Assembly (NCBI RefSeq): GCF_018977255.1
Contig: NW_024704742.1
Coordinates: 82,772,001 to 82,836,000, forward strand
Direction of reading: 5' to 3'
Length of the DNA stretch: 64,000 bases
Origin: Callorhinchus milii
Lineage: Eukaryota
In this document: piece by piece, positions 24,728-38,595 of the stretch
Layout of the letters: every line of letters starts with the position of its first letter
Numbering within the stretch: position 1 is the stretch's first letter
The notes under the pieces: model-generated
Told to the model about the DNA's origin: nothing
The model's database searches: none
What the model saw: only the letters and a program-made list of their open reading frames with translations
Program-made: the position numbers and the translations under genes

Positions 24728-25520
24728 CTGTCAGTCTGATTCAATGGGTAGAACTCTCTCCGGTGAGTCAGAAGTTTGTGAGTTCGAGCTCCACGTAAAG
24801 ACTCTGAGCTCACAGTTTTAACTGACACTCCAATGCAACACTGGGGAGCACTGCATTGTTATCCTTTGGATGAAACTTGAAATGGAAGTCCCGACATGGA
24901 TGAAGTGGATGTTTAAGATCTCATTCCACTATTCAAAAAGAGAAGAGAGTTTCTTCTGGTGTCCTGGCCAACAATTCCCCAGATAAAGTTGTTCATTCAC
25001 TTTATAGCTGATTGTGGGACATTGCTGTCTATAAATTAACTGCCACTCTTTCGTACAGTAAATCTTGTGAAGCACCTTGAGATGTTCATCTGATGTGCAA
25101 GGTGCTATATAAATGTAAATGTTGTATTGCATTGAACACCCATCATCCCTGTCCTTGCCAAGCATCACTGCCTCCCTCAGCCGTCCATTTTCTCAAAATC
25201 TTCATTCTTGTTTTCAGATCCTTTCACTGCCTCATTCTATCCTATCTGTTTAACAGTCTATCTCCTAGCCTGCCCCCTCTGCTCTTTTGCCTGTGCCTTT
25301 CTGATTATTCCCTTCACTCCACTATTGTATGAAGAGCATTCAGCTATCATGCTCCTATGCCATTGTCCTCTGGAACTCTCATCCAAAACCACAGTGGCTC
25401 AATATCTTTCTCCATATTTTTGGAACCTCCTAAGACCTATCTCTTTGACAGTAGTTTTCATTTGTGCCATTGTTAAGCGTTTTGAGATGGTCTTTTGTGT
25501 GAACGACACAGTGTAAATTC
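24728..25520 (+). mobile_element. Old Deu-domain SINE (24728-25125) followed by a degraded L2 3' fragment (25135-25520)
   Basis: Head GAGTCAGAAGTTTGTGAGTTCGAGCTCC, Deu body, tail AAGGTGCTATATAAATGTAA; then L2-like KIFILVFRSFH peptide and tail. Confidence 0.75.
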
Positions 25521-26108
25521 AAATTAATTATTATGATGAGGGGGTGAAAGACCTGGGAGTGTCTCATGCATCATCTCTGCATGACTTCAAATGCAAATGA
25601 AGTGATTATAGGACGGTAGAAGAGTACAGCATAGAATAAGGCCATTCGGCTCATCATAGCCTGCTGGCATTGAAATGGATGGGAAAACCAACCAGGACCC
25701 ACAAACACTGGCTTTCATCAACTTGCACCTAAATATTTTTTAGATTTAGTTAAGCAGGGCTGTCCCTCTGGGAAAAAGTGCATATTCCATTCCAGACACT
25801 GGGAAATTTCCATGTATAGGTGGCATGCATACATGGAACTCTCAGTCTGGATTAAATACAATTAAGCACGGTGATGGGTTTCCACATTTATGAGGCTGAG
25901 ACGCAGCTAAATAAACAAAAATGAGATGAGCAAGATGGTGGAATATTCTGAGAGCGATTCTCAAGCAAGAGAGTGCTTCAGATTGTGACCCTCGGTAAAA
26001 AATTATTTATGTATTAAAAATGTATTTGCTTCTTTAGGCAAGAATAAATTTCTCCTACAGCTCAATCGAATCATGACTTACCAGTTCCTACAGCATCCCT
26101 TGGTTAAT

Positions 26109-26368
26109 ATCCAGGCAGGGTGAAACCTTGGGCAAGTTTCCTTACTCCACATGCCTGATAATAATCCCTCCAAAATAAAAAACAATAATAAATTGGTCAT
26201 TTTCAATCTACGATTGTTTGTGGGACATTGCTGTGCGCAATTGGCTGCCGCGTTCGCCCACAAATATACAGTCAATTCACTTTACAGTATATTTTGTGAA
26301 GTGCTTTGGAACGTCTAGAAGACGTGAAAAGCACTATATCAAATGCAAGGATTATTATTATTATTATT
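26109..26368 (+). mobile_element. Short-form SINE, 5'-truncated
   Basis: Matches 802-1121 from TCCAGGCAGGG onward to (ATT)n. Confidence 0.88.
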
Positions 26369-29300
26369 GCATCACCATTACCAAGTATTTATTATTCAGT
26401 CATTGCACTTAACAGTAAAATCCTGGGAAGCGCTTTGAGACTTCCTCCTCACATGAAAGCTGCCACATCAAATGCAAGGATTATTATTATATTAGGTTCA
26501 GTTCAGTTTGCTTAGAAAGTAGTGCAACGAGGTGGAAACTGTAACTATGTAATCGAAATACAGCATTTCATTGGCAGGAATGCATTCCAGTTCTCTCCTG
26601 CTTTGAGCTCTTTGCTGGATTTTTAAGTGTCTGCCTGCTGCTTCCATTGATATCATAGCATTTGATAGCCTTACAGTCCAAGACAGCACAGACTCTCTTT
26701 CTTATTCTCTCCCCCCCTCTCCCCCCCTCACTCACCCCACTTCATGTGGTACGTGCCAACTCTATTAAAGAACATTGCACACATTTCTGTAACACTTGAA
26801 TGGTAACCAACTAACAAAGACTTCAGATGAGGCCTAACTGACGATGATTAATAACTAGGAAGCAGATCTGATGACTGATTAGAGCCATCACAGGCTGAGC
26901 AGGGAAAGAAGTCTGGCTGCCAGTATGTCTCAGCCTTTGGTAATACCACTAAGAGCAAAGTTATTTTCCGTAGACCCTGGGACAGGAGATGCCCACCGCA
27001 CAGCGTGGTGTTAACATATTATTCTAGTCACCGCCAGAAACAGTCTTTTAATAGAACAGCATCCCTAGTGTCATTGCATGGTTCGGAACCACACTTCAAA
27101 CAACAGGCATCCGTGCTTCATCAGTCCTCTCGCAGAGCTCCTGACATTTCCAGTGATATTCAATCAGAGACACTAATAGGAAAAATGCAGAGCAAAGGTT
27201 GCCCATCACCATTATCATTATTATTAGTATGGGCTGTCTGGTAGACCGAATCAGTCGTACAGTTGTAAATATTTTTAAAGTAGATGTTGTCGTAGGTGTT
27301 CTGAAAGCATAGGTGTCCCACCACGCACCTTACAAACAATCCCACTCTCCATCACAAAGACATTTGGGGTGAAAAATGGTGTATGTGGATTGCAGGTAGG
27401 TCTAATTATTTGAGGGGTTCACGTGTCAAAGAAAAACAGGTGATGCAGCTTCACAACAACAACAGCAACAATGTGCATTTATACAGCGCCCTTCACACGA
27501 GGTAGTGTCCCGGAGCGCCCGACAGTGCCGGAGTCTGACCACGAGCCAGGGAGAGGGAGTGGAGAGGTGACCGTAAGCACGATCATATTAGATTCAGAAC
27601 AGCTGCAGTGAATAGTTAGATATCCAACTACTATTTTACTTAAATCATGCTGGATTGCACTATTGTGTGCCTTTCCGCTGTAAAACATAAAAAATGTGCA
27701 CAGGCCGTGTAGCAGAAAGCTGAATAATGTACTGCTCCACTTCTGTTTGTGAAATTGTATCTTTAATGCACCTTCAAATGTTTTATTTTCTTTGTGCAAT
27801 AGGTGTACATTTATTTTGTTACTTTCTAAACGTTGACAAGGAGCTGAACGCATTGAACATTGCTCTCAGCGACAGCATCTCGTATATTGCGAGAGAGGTT
27901 TTTCCTTTTTTTTGGTTAGCCAGGTGTCTTGACGCAAATGAAAACCCACGATGTTGTCACATTACAGCTAACCCCCAAAAATGTGCAGCATCAAAGGCTG
28001 TACCCACCTATTAGTAATAATAATCATTGCATTTTTTATATAGGTTGGAGAAATGTCTCAAATTGCTTCATAGGATATACCATAAAGTGTAGTGACTGTG
28101 AATTGTAGATGAGGCAGTCAATTTGCACAAATGGAATGTCTGACAAACTGCCATGAAGTGAAAGACGAACTTTATCTGGTGGATATTATGAATTCATAAC
28201 ATGAACTGGGGAACTAAGTTGCTAGGTATGCCCTTAAATTCAGTTCAGCCATATCCTCAGGGAAGCTGGTCAGAATAAGGAGCAAAGGGAAGATTGGAGG
28301 GTGACTGTCCACGGACCACTCTTACGTATCATCTATCATGGTTTATGGAATGACAGTGAGTCTTATATTAGAATATTTACAATCTTAGGTAAATGTGTTA
28401 ATTGCTAATATTGGATTGTGCAATTCAAGACAGGGGAATCATAAATCCCAAACAAGCAAAGTCTGAGAAACCCAAAACAAAACACAGGCAAAACTGGCCC
28501 TTTTTCCCGATTTTGCCAATTTGGGATTGATTGGCAGCTGTGAATTTCACAATCCCATATTCAACATTTGTAATTAACTAATGGAACAAATCCCAGTTGT
28601 AAATACCTCAAATGATACCCCATTGCCAATAGCATATTGAAACATCTCGAAATTCTTTATTCACTAAATTGATTTTAACGTGAAGTGACTGTTGTGTATG
28701 CAAGTGCATACTTCAAGCCTTGGCTCTTGCCAACTAATGCCTACTACTCTGTGGAATTAGGTAAACAGGGTGTATCCCTCAACAAAGACGGTACGCACTC
28801 CATTCTGGACACAGGGACATTTCCAGATGAGGAACTCTCAGTCTGGTTTGGATACTTTTAAGTATAGTGATGTGGCTCCATTTGTACCAGACACCTGGCT
28901 GAACATGAATAAATAAATTTGCATGCGGAAAGAATATCAACCAGAAATACAAACATAATCTCTCTTCCCCCAGTTGTCGCCACACCCTCCCCCCAAACCT
29001 CCCTGCCACCACCCACCCCCACCCACTTCGCGAAATGGATCGACAACCAATGTGTGAGCAAATCGTGTGAAGCTACAGAAAATCATAGCTGCATCCGTAA
29101 TGTTGATGCACATTAGATATCCATCACAGAATTCAGTCAGGCACTATTTCATCTCCATCTCCATAGAAACAAGCATCTACACTAAAGCCTAATATATGCA
29201 CAAAAGTAAACCTTTAGACGATAACACAGCTGATGTCTCCCCGTACTTTCATTGTATAAATAGCGTGCTGGCTGTCAGTGCAGTTTGATATTCATCAGAT

Positions 29301-29613
29301 CTGTAAGGTACCCTAAAGGCAGTTACAGCTATGGCTTTACTATGTTTTGCTTGAAGCCGGCATGTCCTATCTCTCAAATGGGTTGCACTGCACTACTGGA
29401 AAATAAGCTTCTGTACAAGCGCTGGCATGTTCTGTCAGGTGAGCGAAGCTAAAGACAACGCTTAAAAGTAATCACAGAAGTTCAGACAAGAAAAGTGAGA
29501 AAATGGTCGGCTCTCAGAAAGGCACAGCATTGAAACAAAGTTGGGAGTCTTTGAAGGAAGAATGGAAGAAATGGTGAATGAGGAGATGAGGAGGGGGGGA
29601 AGTAGGAAACGAG

Positions 29614-29822
29614 TAATAATAATAATAATCTTTACATTTGATATCGCACATGCAGATAGGACCTTGGACTCATCTGAAGAAAGGCACCTCCGACAATGCA
29701 TTGCTCAGCACTGTTGTGTCAGCCCCAAATATAAGCTTAAAGTTCCGTCATGGCGCTTGAACCTACAACATAGTCCAGCTGCACAAGCAACAGAGGCAAG
29801 AGTGCTACCAGCTGAGCCAGAC
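29614..29822 (-). mobile_element. Deu-SINE with the centre deleted
   Basis: Tail, partial Deu domain (CTCATCTGAAGAAAGGCACCTCCGACAATGCA) and reverse head GAGTGCTACCAGCTGAGCCAGAC. Confidence 0.65.
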
Positions 29823-30594
29823 TATTACCCTAAAAAACTTCTACACTTCTTTGTGTCATTTATTTGGATGCACATCCTTCACAACATTCTGATGTGATAG
29901 ACCTTCAGACACTCACAACCAATTCTGAAATATTTAATTCTTTATCACGTATCTAGTTTTAACACCACCTCCGTGACTCACTGGTACTCTTCACATTACA
30001 CGGGTCCTAACAGATTTTAGTGTCACACCCTTGCCAATAAAAATATACATTCTCCCTACTTCAGATTGCCAGTTCAGCCTGTGTAGAATGACTATTGAAT
30101 GCAGCACTAAAGGGTGTGGGAGGAAGGTTAGTAGAGAGATTTTGGTCAGCTGGGTGCAAACCCATCACGGTGCTTAAGGCTACCTAAACCAGACTGAGAG
30201 TTCCACATATATATACCATCCACACATGGAAATTTCACTGTATCTGGAATGGAATGCACACCTGCTGAGATGAAGGTTGGCAAGAGCTAAGGTTCGGTGT
30301 TGGGACTGGTTAACCAGCTAAAACCACATAGCTTTCCATAGTTGCTTGTCCAACTAGAAACCATTCTACTTGTTAGGCCTTTGGCTTATAGGGTTAACAG
30401 GAACTGAGTGGGAAGAATTGCTGCTCCCAGTAGGATTAGTGCATCAATGTTGCTGACACTCATTTGTAATACCCCAACGTTAGCATTTAGATTTATATAA
30501 CATTTAAAGTGATGCTGACTCACCAACTTAGAAGTTTAAAGTAACTCTGACGAATTAGTGAAAATCTGCTACTTTTTGCCTTCGGAGTTTACCG

Positions 30595-30840
30595 GTGTCA
30601 GCCAGGCTCAGTCGGTAGGATTTCCATTAGGCAGAAGGTTGTGAGTTCAAGCTCCACATCAGAACTTTGAGCTCATAATTGCCAACATTCCTCCAGATAA
30701 AATCATCATTCACCTCATTGCTGTTTGTGGGACACTGCCATGTGCAAACGACTGTCAGGTTTGCTTACAAACACTTGACAGTAAAATGATCCGAGACATG
30801 TGGGCACAATAAGGTGCTCGAAAAATGTAAGATCTACTTT
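30595..30840 (+). mobile_element. Old Deu-SINE, internally deleted
   Basis: Head GTCAGCCAGGCTCAGTCGGTAG..GGTTGTGAGTTCAAGC; 3' body TTGCTGTTTGTGGGACACTGC. Confidence 0.7.
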
Positions 30841-31941
30841 CTTTACTTGTTACCTTCAATTTTCACTGCAATAAATTGATAAATAAAACACAACATGACA
30901 TGAAAATAGAAATTATTCAAAAATATTCTTCCAACAATCCTCCAGATAAACTGGTTGTTCTCTTCAAGGCTGTTTGTGGAACTTTGCTGTGTGCAAATTG
31001 CTTGTCAGATGTGCCTAGTAACATATAATAACAACAGTGTGTAATGAGGTAAGTTTTGAGGCAGAACCTAAAGACAGATTTACAGAGGGTGAGGCAGCGA
31101 GAGGGGTAGAGAGAGGGCATTCTAAAGGTTTGGGACATAGTAGCTAAAGGCTTGGTCACAGATGATGGCACAGAGTGGGTCGAGAATATGCAGCAGTCCA
31201 GAGTTAGTCAAACAAAGGCGTAAGGGGAAGTGTGGGGTAGGAGAAGATCAGACAGAGAGACATGGAGGTGATGGGTTGTGAAGGGATTTATAGGTGAAGT
31301 GGATTGATGCTTGGCAACATTTCGTTGAGTTTTTCAATGTTACAGACACTATATGAAACACAGGATTATTTTTATAATGACGTCATTAGATACCATTGGG
31401 AAAAATTTCTTAAGGATCAAGATTTAATCTATTTATGTAGCACGTCAGAGTATGATTTTGGGAAAATTGTTGAATTCAGGCTTAATTGTGAACCCATTTC
31501 TCTGTGATTCTTAAAAGTACTTCATGAAAATTGGCATCAAGCAAAATTATACTTTATTTAAGAATTTTATGGGGTTCTGCGCTCTCAGAAATATTATACA
31601 GATAGAGAAAATCTGGACCTGGTTGGAATATCTAGCCCATAATATCACAATTTTTAAATCTTGCATTACTTTCAAACACTAGTTTTATCGTGTAGGTGTG
31701 ACACATGGAAATCTCAGTTAGTTTGGATACTCTTAAGCATGGTGATGGGTTTCCGCATGTGTCAGATACCCAGCTGACCAGAGAAAAATTATTACCTCCC
31801 CCTCCCCCCTCCTTCCTTCTCCCTCACTCAGGGTCCGACCCCATCCTTTGTGAAGCCCTCCGAAACATTATCCAATGTGAAGGGTGCTGTGTAAACATGA
31901 GTTGCTATAGGTTTATTCCCATACACCCGTAGTAGTCCCGT

Positions 31942-32311
31942 GGAGTCCCATAGTGGTTAGAGTATTCGCCTCGCCAGTGAGAGGGCCCGGGTTCGATTCC
32001 TGGGCAAGGCAAAACCTGAGTCAAGTTTCCTTACTTCACATGCTTCTGTTTACCTACCAGTAAGTAGGAACCCGGTTGTTAGTTGATGGGTGGATCACTT
32101 TCTGGGGGTAATCACCCCTTAAAATAACATTGATCACTCAATCCACAACTGTTTGTGGGACACTGTTGTGCGCAAATTGGCTGTCACGTTTTGCCCACAA
32201 AATACCCAGTCAATCTACTTTACAGTATATTCTGTGAAGCGCTTTGAGACATCTCAATGGCATGATAAGGCGTTATATCAAACGCAAGGATTATTACTAT
32301 TATTATTATTA
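31942..32311 (+). mobile_element. tRNA(Ala)-derived SINE, long form
   Basis: Same head and tail as 802-1121 plus an extra internal segment CTGTTTACCTACCAGTAAGTAGGAACCCGGTTGTTAGTTGATGGGTGGATCACTTTCTGGGG. Confidence 0.85.
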
Positions 32312-34124
32312 CTCTTGGCGATCCTAAGCTATGAATTCCCACTCACACCTGGGGTGAATATTAGTTTCAGCACCTAACCTCACAGCTCCAGAATCTTTTG
32401 CAACATCAAAATCTGGAGGAAGAAATGATCAGCTTGTTTCACGATCATGAAGGTTACTTAGTTAGGCACTTGGCACGCAGCCATCTGACAGAAACCTGGA
32501 GATATTTTGAAACTGGACCAGTCACTCTTAACAGTGCAGTTGACTCACAGGAATTCAACTGGCACTAATTCTGAGTCTTAACTCAAGTTGGATGTAAATT
32601 CAGGGGAAGTGAAATACCAGTGATAAGAGAGGTCTCGGAAAGCAATATAATTGCATGGAGTGTCTTGGACTTTCATTGTTTATTTGTGCTGCTACTCAGC
32701 ATGACAAGTGTTTATTTACAAAGCGCCAAGGTGCCAGACAAGCTCAGAGATTGGAGATGAGAGCAGGGTTGATGAGGCTACTGCAGTGTTATTCTGCAAT
32801 TTACCACAGTTAATAACACAGACCGCAAGACTTTTGATTTTAGCTGACTAGAAAAAAGATAGCGTAATAATGTTTCAATCACGTTTTATTTCTGAGACGA
32901 GCATAGGTGTATTCGTAGATGTTGTACCTAAGTGTGATATCAAAAATTATCATAGATTCTCTCATTGCGTAATTCACCATTTCATTTTAAATCCTCTATG
33001 GTGACTGGATGTTAACCCTTTCCTTCCCTGGTTGAGGTATGTCCTGGTGTGGACGGGCTATATGGGAAATTGGGAAATTTCCCAAGTGCCCCCATGAATG
33101 GTTCCCAATCCGTCAAAAAGCATAAAATATATGCAGAAATCAGCATCCCTTAAAAGGCTCCCCTTCATGAATTGGTGCCACCAGTATACCTGACAATCCT
33201 GCCACTGGATATGTCCAAGGTTTAAAACGGTTTAGCAATAACAACAACTTGCATTTATATAGCGGGATAGAGTCCCAAAGCGCTTCGATAGCATCCCAGA
33301 GCAATCTCCCTTCAATTACCGTATCCCTAGAGGCATTTCCTGATGTTGAAACTAAGCCATGCAGACCAGAAAGCTATAGATTCAAATCCCTTTGCTGAGT
33401 TGGTGGCTTTCAGTCAGAACAATAGTTGTGGTACTATAATTGGTCTCAGCAATCTAGGAAAGGGAAAGTCAATGAGGATTCCCCCCACCCCCACTCCACG
33501 ATTGGTATTTGTTGATCCTCCACTGGAGAATATGGAATACAGATGAGATTTTTGCTGAAACCTGTGGTTGAATTCTCTATTGTTGCTCACTGTCTCATAT
33601 GGCCGTGAAGAATTCAGTTGAATTCAGCTCAAGCACATCACCATAGAGCTAGCTCAGTTCCAAGGATACCCATCTTCCCCCACCCCACCCCGCAGGAGGA
33701 TAGTCACAAGTTGGTCATCCAAAGATCATAGATTGAGCCCTCACTAGGAAGTTAACAGGTATCAGGAGCTTTGCAGGAGCTTCTTGTTGAGCAGCACAAT
33801 TCAGCATGAAATATATGAGAGCATTGCACCATCATATGGCTTCCCATTGAGCAGCTGCTTACCTTTCTGCCTATTAATCAAGGTGGAATCCAAGCCCTGA
33901 TATATGAATGTGTGTTCATGAACATGGACTCTTGGTAATGCCTCCCAGCAGCTGTCATCTCAAGCCTCGGTTTCCTCATCAAGTATTTAATGGACATCTG
34001 ACTTCAGCAGATATAGAAAGGACCTTTATAGGACTTTATAATATTACATGTTGTACAGTAGTTTTATTAAATGATGATCTTACAGAAGTACAATAAAGTG
34101 GTCAGGTTTTATGTTCTGCAAACT

Positions 34125-34650
34125 ATAATAATCCTTACATTTGATAGAGTGCCTTATCACGTCGTTGAGACATCTCAAAGCGTTTCAGAGGATATATTTT
34201 AAAATAGATTGACTGCGTATTTTGTGAGCAAAAACTAACAGGTAAATAGTTCTTAGAGTTGAAGACGTTTAAATAATATTTTGAATAATAATTGCATTTG
34301 ATATAGTTCCTTAACATCGCAAAGCACTTCACCAAAGTTTTAAAGTGCAGTGATTGTATTTGTAGGTGATGGAGTGAATAACCAATTTTATTTGGGGAAT
34401 GATTGACCAGGACACTGGAAGAAACTCCCTTCTCTTTTAGAATAGTTCCGTGGAATCATTAACATCCACCTGAAAAGACAGACTGGACCTCAGTTTAACA
34501 TCTAATCCCCGCAAAACAGAACGCTCTCCTAAAACTGCATTGTGTCAATGTGTCAACCTAGACTATGAGCTCAAAGTCCTGACATAGGGCTTGAACCCAC
34601 AACCTACTAATGCAGAGGCGAACGAGATTGCTACCAACTGGGCCAGACTG
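34125..34650 (-). mobile_element. SINE tail fragment plus old Deu-domain SINE
   Basis: Reverse tail at 34125-34240; Deu body and head (..GCTACCAACTGGGCCAGACTG) at 34290-34650. Confidence 0.75.
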
Positions 34651-35324
34651 CCACTGGCTTAAATGCATCAGAAATAGATTTTGTGCGGGTTGGATTTTTT
34701 TTCTTGAAACATCGGTTAGATACATTTCAGCTGATGGAGGTTTCAGTGCTAAGGTGTTAAAAATAGAAAGCTTCCATCCTTTCCTTCACGTAGTTTTAAA
34801 CACATCACCAGCTGTCAGAGTTCGTACAAATAAATGTAGCTAAATGGAGGAGCCTCCTGATAAATGATGCCCTGAAAGCAGTAGGACGTGAAAGGCATCT
34901 AAATATGTATGTGGTGTGTGCGTGTTTCGAGGGGAAGTGGGGGGGTGAGGAAGTAGGGGATGGAGAGAGAGAGAGAGAGAATTGCTTGGGAATCTGTGCA
35001 TCCGTAATGCAAGGTTGAGAGCTGCAGGATGTGACTTCTATTATCGCAAACAAACTACAGGGGGCAGTATATATTGCAAATTGATCCACAGCATTGAAAC
35101 AGCGATAATTGGAATCTCTCCTTCAGAATTACACAGTCAGTGAAAACCCAGTGGAATTCCAGATCTTAGTGACACATATCCAGCGATGTCTCCACATTGG
35201 TTCACCTTTTTGTTGTCTCCAGTTTGCTGCCCTTTGCCCCAGCTGAAGGCACTGCCTCTTCGCTGTTGTACAGTTCTGCAAGTCCCCCTCTCCCCTTCAG
35301 CATCTGCGCCAAAGGGCAATTTAT

Positions 35325-35670
35325 GGAGTCCTGTAGCTCAGTGGTTAGAGCATTCACCTCGCAAGTGAGAGACCTGGGTTTGATTCCCAGCAGGGCGAAA
35401 CATTGGGCAAGATCCTTACTCCACACACCTCTGTTACTTAGCAGTAAGTAGAATCCTAGTTGTTAGTTGATCGGCGGATCGCTTTTCCAGGGTAATAATT
35501 CCTTCAAAAAATAATAATAATTTGCTCACTAAATTTATGACTTTTTTTTGGGACACTACTGTGTGCAATTAGCTGCCATGTTTTGTCCACAAAATATACA
35601 GTCAATTCACTTTATATTCTGTGAAGCGCTTTGAGACCACTCGACGATATGATGAGGCGCTATATCAAAT
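35325..35670 (+). mobile_element. tRNA(Ala)-derived SINE, long form
   Basis: GGAGTCCTGTAGCTCAGTGGTTAGAGC head, anticodon loop CTCGCAA, long internal segment, tail. Confidence 0.85.
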
Positions 35671-35769
35671 CTGGCTCTCAGCAGCCAAAAGGTTGGACCA
35701 CCCTGAATTAGAATATAGAAGACAATGCAATGTAAACGCACGGCTGTATAATGTCTACTGAGTGGGATG

Positions 35770-36030
35770 TGAATGTGAGCATAAATAGACTGTTACCACT
35801 TGCTGGCAAGTCCATAACACGGGGGTATAAATATAAGATTGTACAGTACGGAAACAGGCCATTCAGCCCAACTAATCCTTGCCGGTTGGTTATGCGCCAC
35901 ATGAGTCTCCACCCACTCCTTATTCCATTCCATACCCTTCAATTCCCATCTCCTTCATGTGTATATGCTCACAGATCTAAATAGAGTTTAGGAGGAACTC
36001 CTTCACACAGAGGGTTGTGAGAATGTTGCA
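35770..36030. mobile_element. CR1 fragment (+) interrupted by an inverted CR1 3' tail (about 35843-35965)
   Basis: RLLPLAGKSITRGYKYKI then, after the insert, FRRNSFTQRVVRM; the insert reads GGAAACAGGCCATTCAGCCC. Confidence 0.65.
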
Positions 36031-37911
36031 GAGCACCATTGCTGGAGGGAATGGCAGCAGCAGGTCTCCAACCCGCTGTCTCAACCAAGGAAGATGTGCA
36101 ACGTGGCGATGTGGGGACTCAGTAAAAGATGAGTGAATAAAACTCAAGTAAACAACCCCAAATCTCTCTAAATTATTGAGATAAAAACTGTGAATTCTAC
36201 CTCCATCCACCCCTCCCCACCCTCCAGTTTCTGCAAAGACAATAACTCATACAGGTCACACAAACAGCAGCAAATAAAGTTCACTACATTTCCCAATGGA
36301 CGTATGGCTTGAAAATCAATGTCATCAGGTTAGGTAGGTACAAGGGATGGGGAACAGAGAAATGTTACTAACCGTATGTATCCGGGAAGAAATTCCACCT
36401 TGTCAAGATTTACTTTATGACACATAACATTTCTGAGTGTCCAGATTTTTTGGCAAATTCAATCTTAACTTTGAAGCTGGTTTTCTGTAAGTGTCTTTTA
36501 AGAACTAGAATAAAACTAGCTTCAGAGATAAGATGGAATTCAACAAATTGCCAAATACTGCAATTTGCATAAATAGAGTAAATCTGCCCCCGGGTGGTAT
36601 TTCTATTTGTTAAAGGGACATGATCCCCACGAAAATCTTTTTACAGGCACAAAAAACACACACTGGGCCCATTGCTGACATTGTAACAAAAATTCCTGCC
36701 AGCCACTTCTCCCATTCCCAAGCAAAAAAAATTTGCCAAACACTTTTTTTCCTCCCACGAAGGCAGAGCCCCTTTAGGATTTCTTTAATTATCTCTCTGA
36801 CTCGCCTCTCCCCCTCCATCTCAGCAGAAAATGTGCTGGGTCGCACTCAGTGACCTTTCTAGATGTGACACTTTTCAAATTCCTTCTATAACGTGTTGAG
36901 GCTAGAGTTGGTTAACATCGAGCCTGTGGAGCAGCTTTCTATTGTCGAACCTTCTGAAAGAACTCAGCATTTCAACAAGTATCAACACTCACTCTAATAG
37001 CCAAGAAGCACACTTCTTTGTTTTGATCTATCTACTAATTTCATTATATTTAATATTGGATCAAAAAAAAAGCTTTAGCCTTGGTGATGTGTTTCCTCTT
37101 TATTCCCTTCCCTAATCCTATACCGCATTGCTCTTACCTCCTCTCCTGAACGTTCAGACTCATGTCGGGGTACAGGTTAGCAACTCCATCCAAACACCTG
37201 ATTAATGCTTGAACCCAGATTTTCAATGTGACAAACTATTTGACTGTACAAAGCATCACAGAAAGCTTTATGCTATGCTCACCCAATAAGGACAGCTTCC
37301 AGCAGAGGTCAATGGATATTGATTACAAGCAGAAATTATGCCAAACTATCCCCTTTTCTAGCTAAAGACCAATAAAGCCAATTGTATCATCCCTAATATT
37401 AACCTGATTCAGATCCTCTACCTTGGCACAAATAGAATATTGGCTATTCTTGATCTCTGGCTCAATTCCAATCTGGGAAGTAGATTTACCAACCAAGACT
37501 TTGGGGAATCTGCTATACTTCTTCTTAAGTCCTAATTACTTAGATCCAGTTCCAAAAGGTCAGATCTCCTCAAACATTTTCTTTTGTGTCTATTGAAGTG
37601 CAAATCTTTTATTGAAAACCTTTTGAGCAGTGCTTCAATGTGTGTTTTAGATAAGACAATCCATTAAATGCTCTGTTGGTTTCTGTAGCAGTGTTATTCT
37701 TACCTCTTGTCAAATGTAGCTCAAATACCTGAATGCTTCTGTCATTGCTGGACGAGGTCATGGATAATGTTAGGATAAATGTGATTGCTGATGCAAGACC
37801 TTCGCTCACCAAGATTGTTGATAATCTTTAAACACATATCACACAGGCCTCAAGAAGGAATACAGTATTATCCTTTGAAGTAAATTGGAAATCAAAGCAT
37901 TAGTGTAAATC

Positions 37912-38595
37912 TCAGCCTGGCTCAGTTGGTAGCACTCTCATCTGAGTCAGAAGATTGTGGGTTCAAGCCTGCATCCAGGACATTGAGCTCACAGTCTTGG
38001 CTGACACTCCAATGCAGGTCTGGGAGAAATGTTTCATTGTCGGAAGTGCCATCCTTCAGATGATGTTAAACAGAGGTCTCATCTTCCCGTTCAGGTGGAT
38101 ATTAAAGATCGCATAGCACTATTCAGGGAGAGAAGGGAGTTTGTCTCAGTGTCCTCGAGATAAAATTGATCATTCTGGTCATGGCTGTTTGTGGGAAATG
38201 GCTGTGCACAAATTTGGTGCCCCATTTACCTACAAAATACATTTACCAAGTTAGGACTTTGAACTCATAGACTGGGCTGACACTTCAATAAAGTACTGAG
38301 GAAGCATTACATTATGAGAGGTGGCACTATTCGAAAAGAGAAGGGTACACCTGGTGTCCTGGCCAACAATACCTCAAACAAAATTGGAAATTTGCTTCAT
38401 GGTTGTTTGCAAGACATTGTTGTTGTTGCTGTTGTTGTTGATGTTGCAGGAAATTGCTGTGTTCAAATTGGCTGTCACATTCACTTAAAGTACACAGATA
38501 CTACACTTCTGTGTATGCCCTGCTTGTATATCCTGTGCTTTCAGACATCACAACAACATGATAATGTGCTACAACAAATGCAAGGATTATTATTA
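37912..38595 (+). mobile_element. Two consecutive old Deu-domain SINEs (37912-38245; about 38250-38595)
   Basis: Head CAGCCTGGCTCAGTTGGTAGCACTCTC..GAGTCAGAAG..GGGTTCAAGCC; full Deu domain; second copy ends AAATGCAAGG(ATT)n. Confidence 0.82.
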
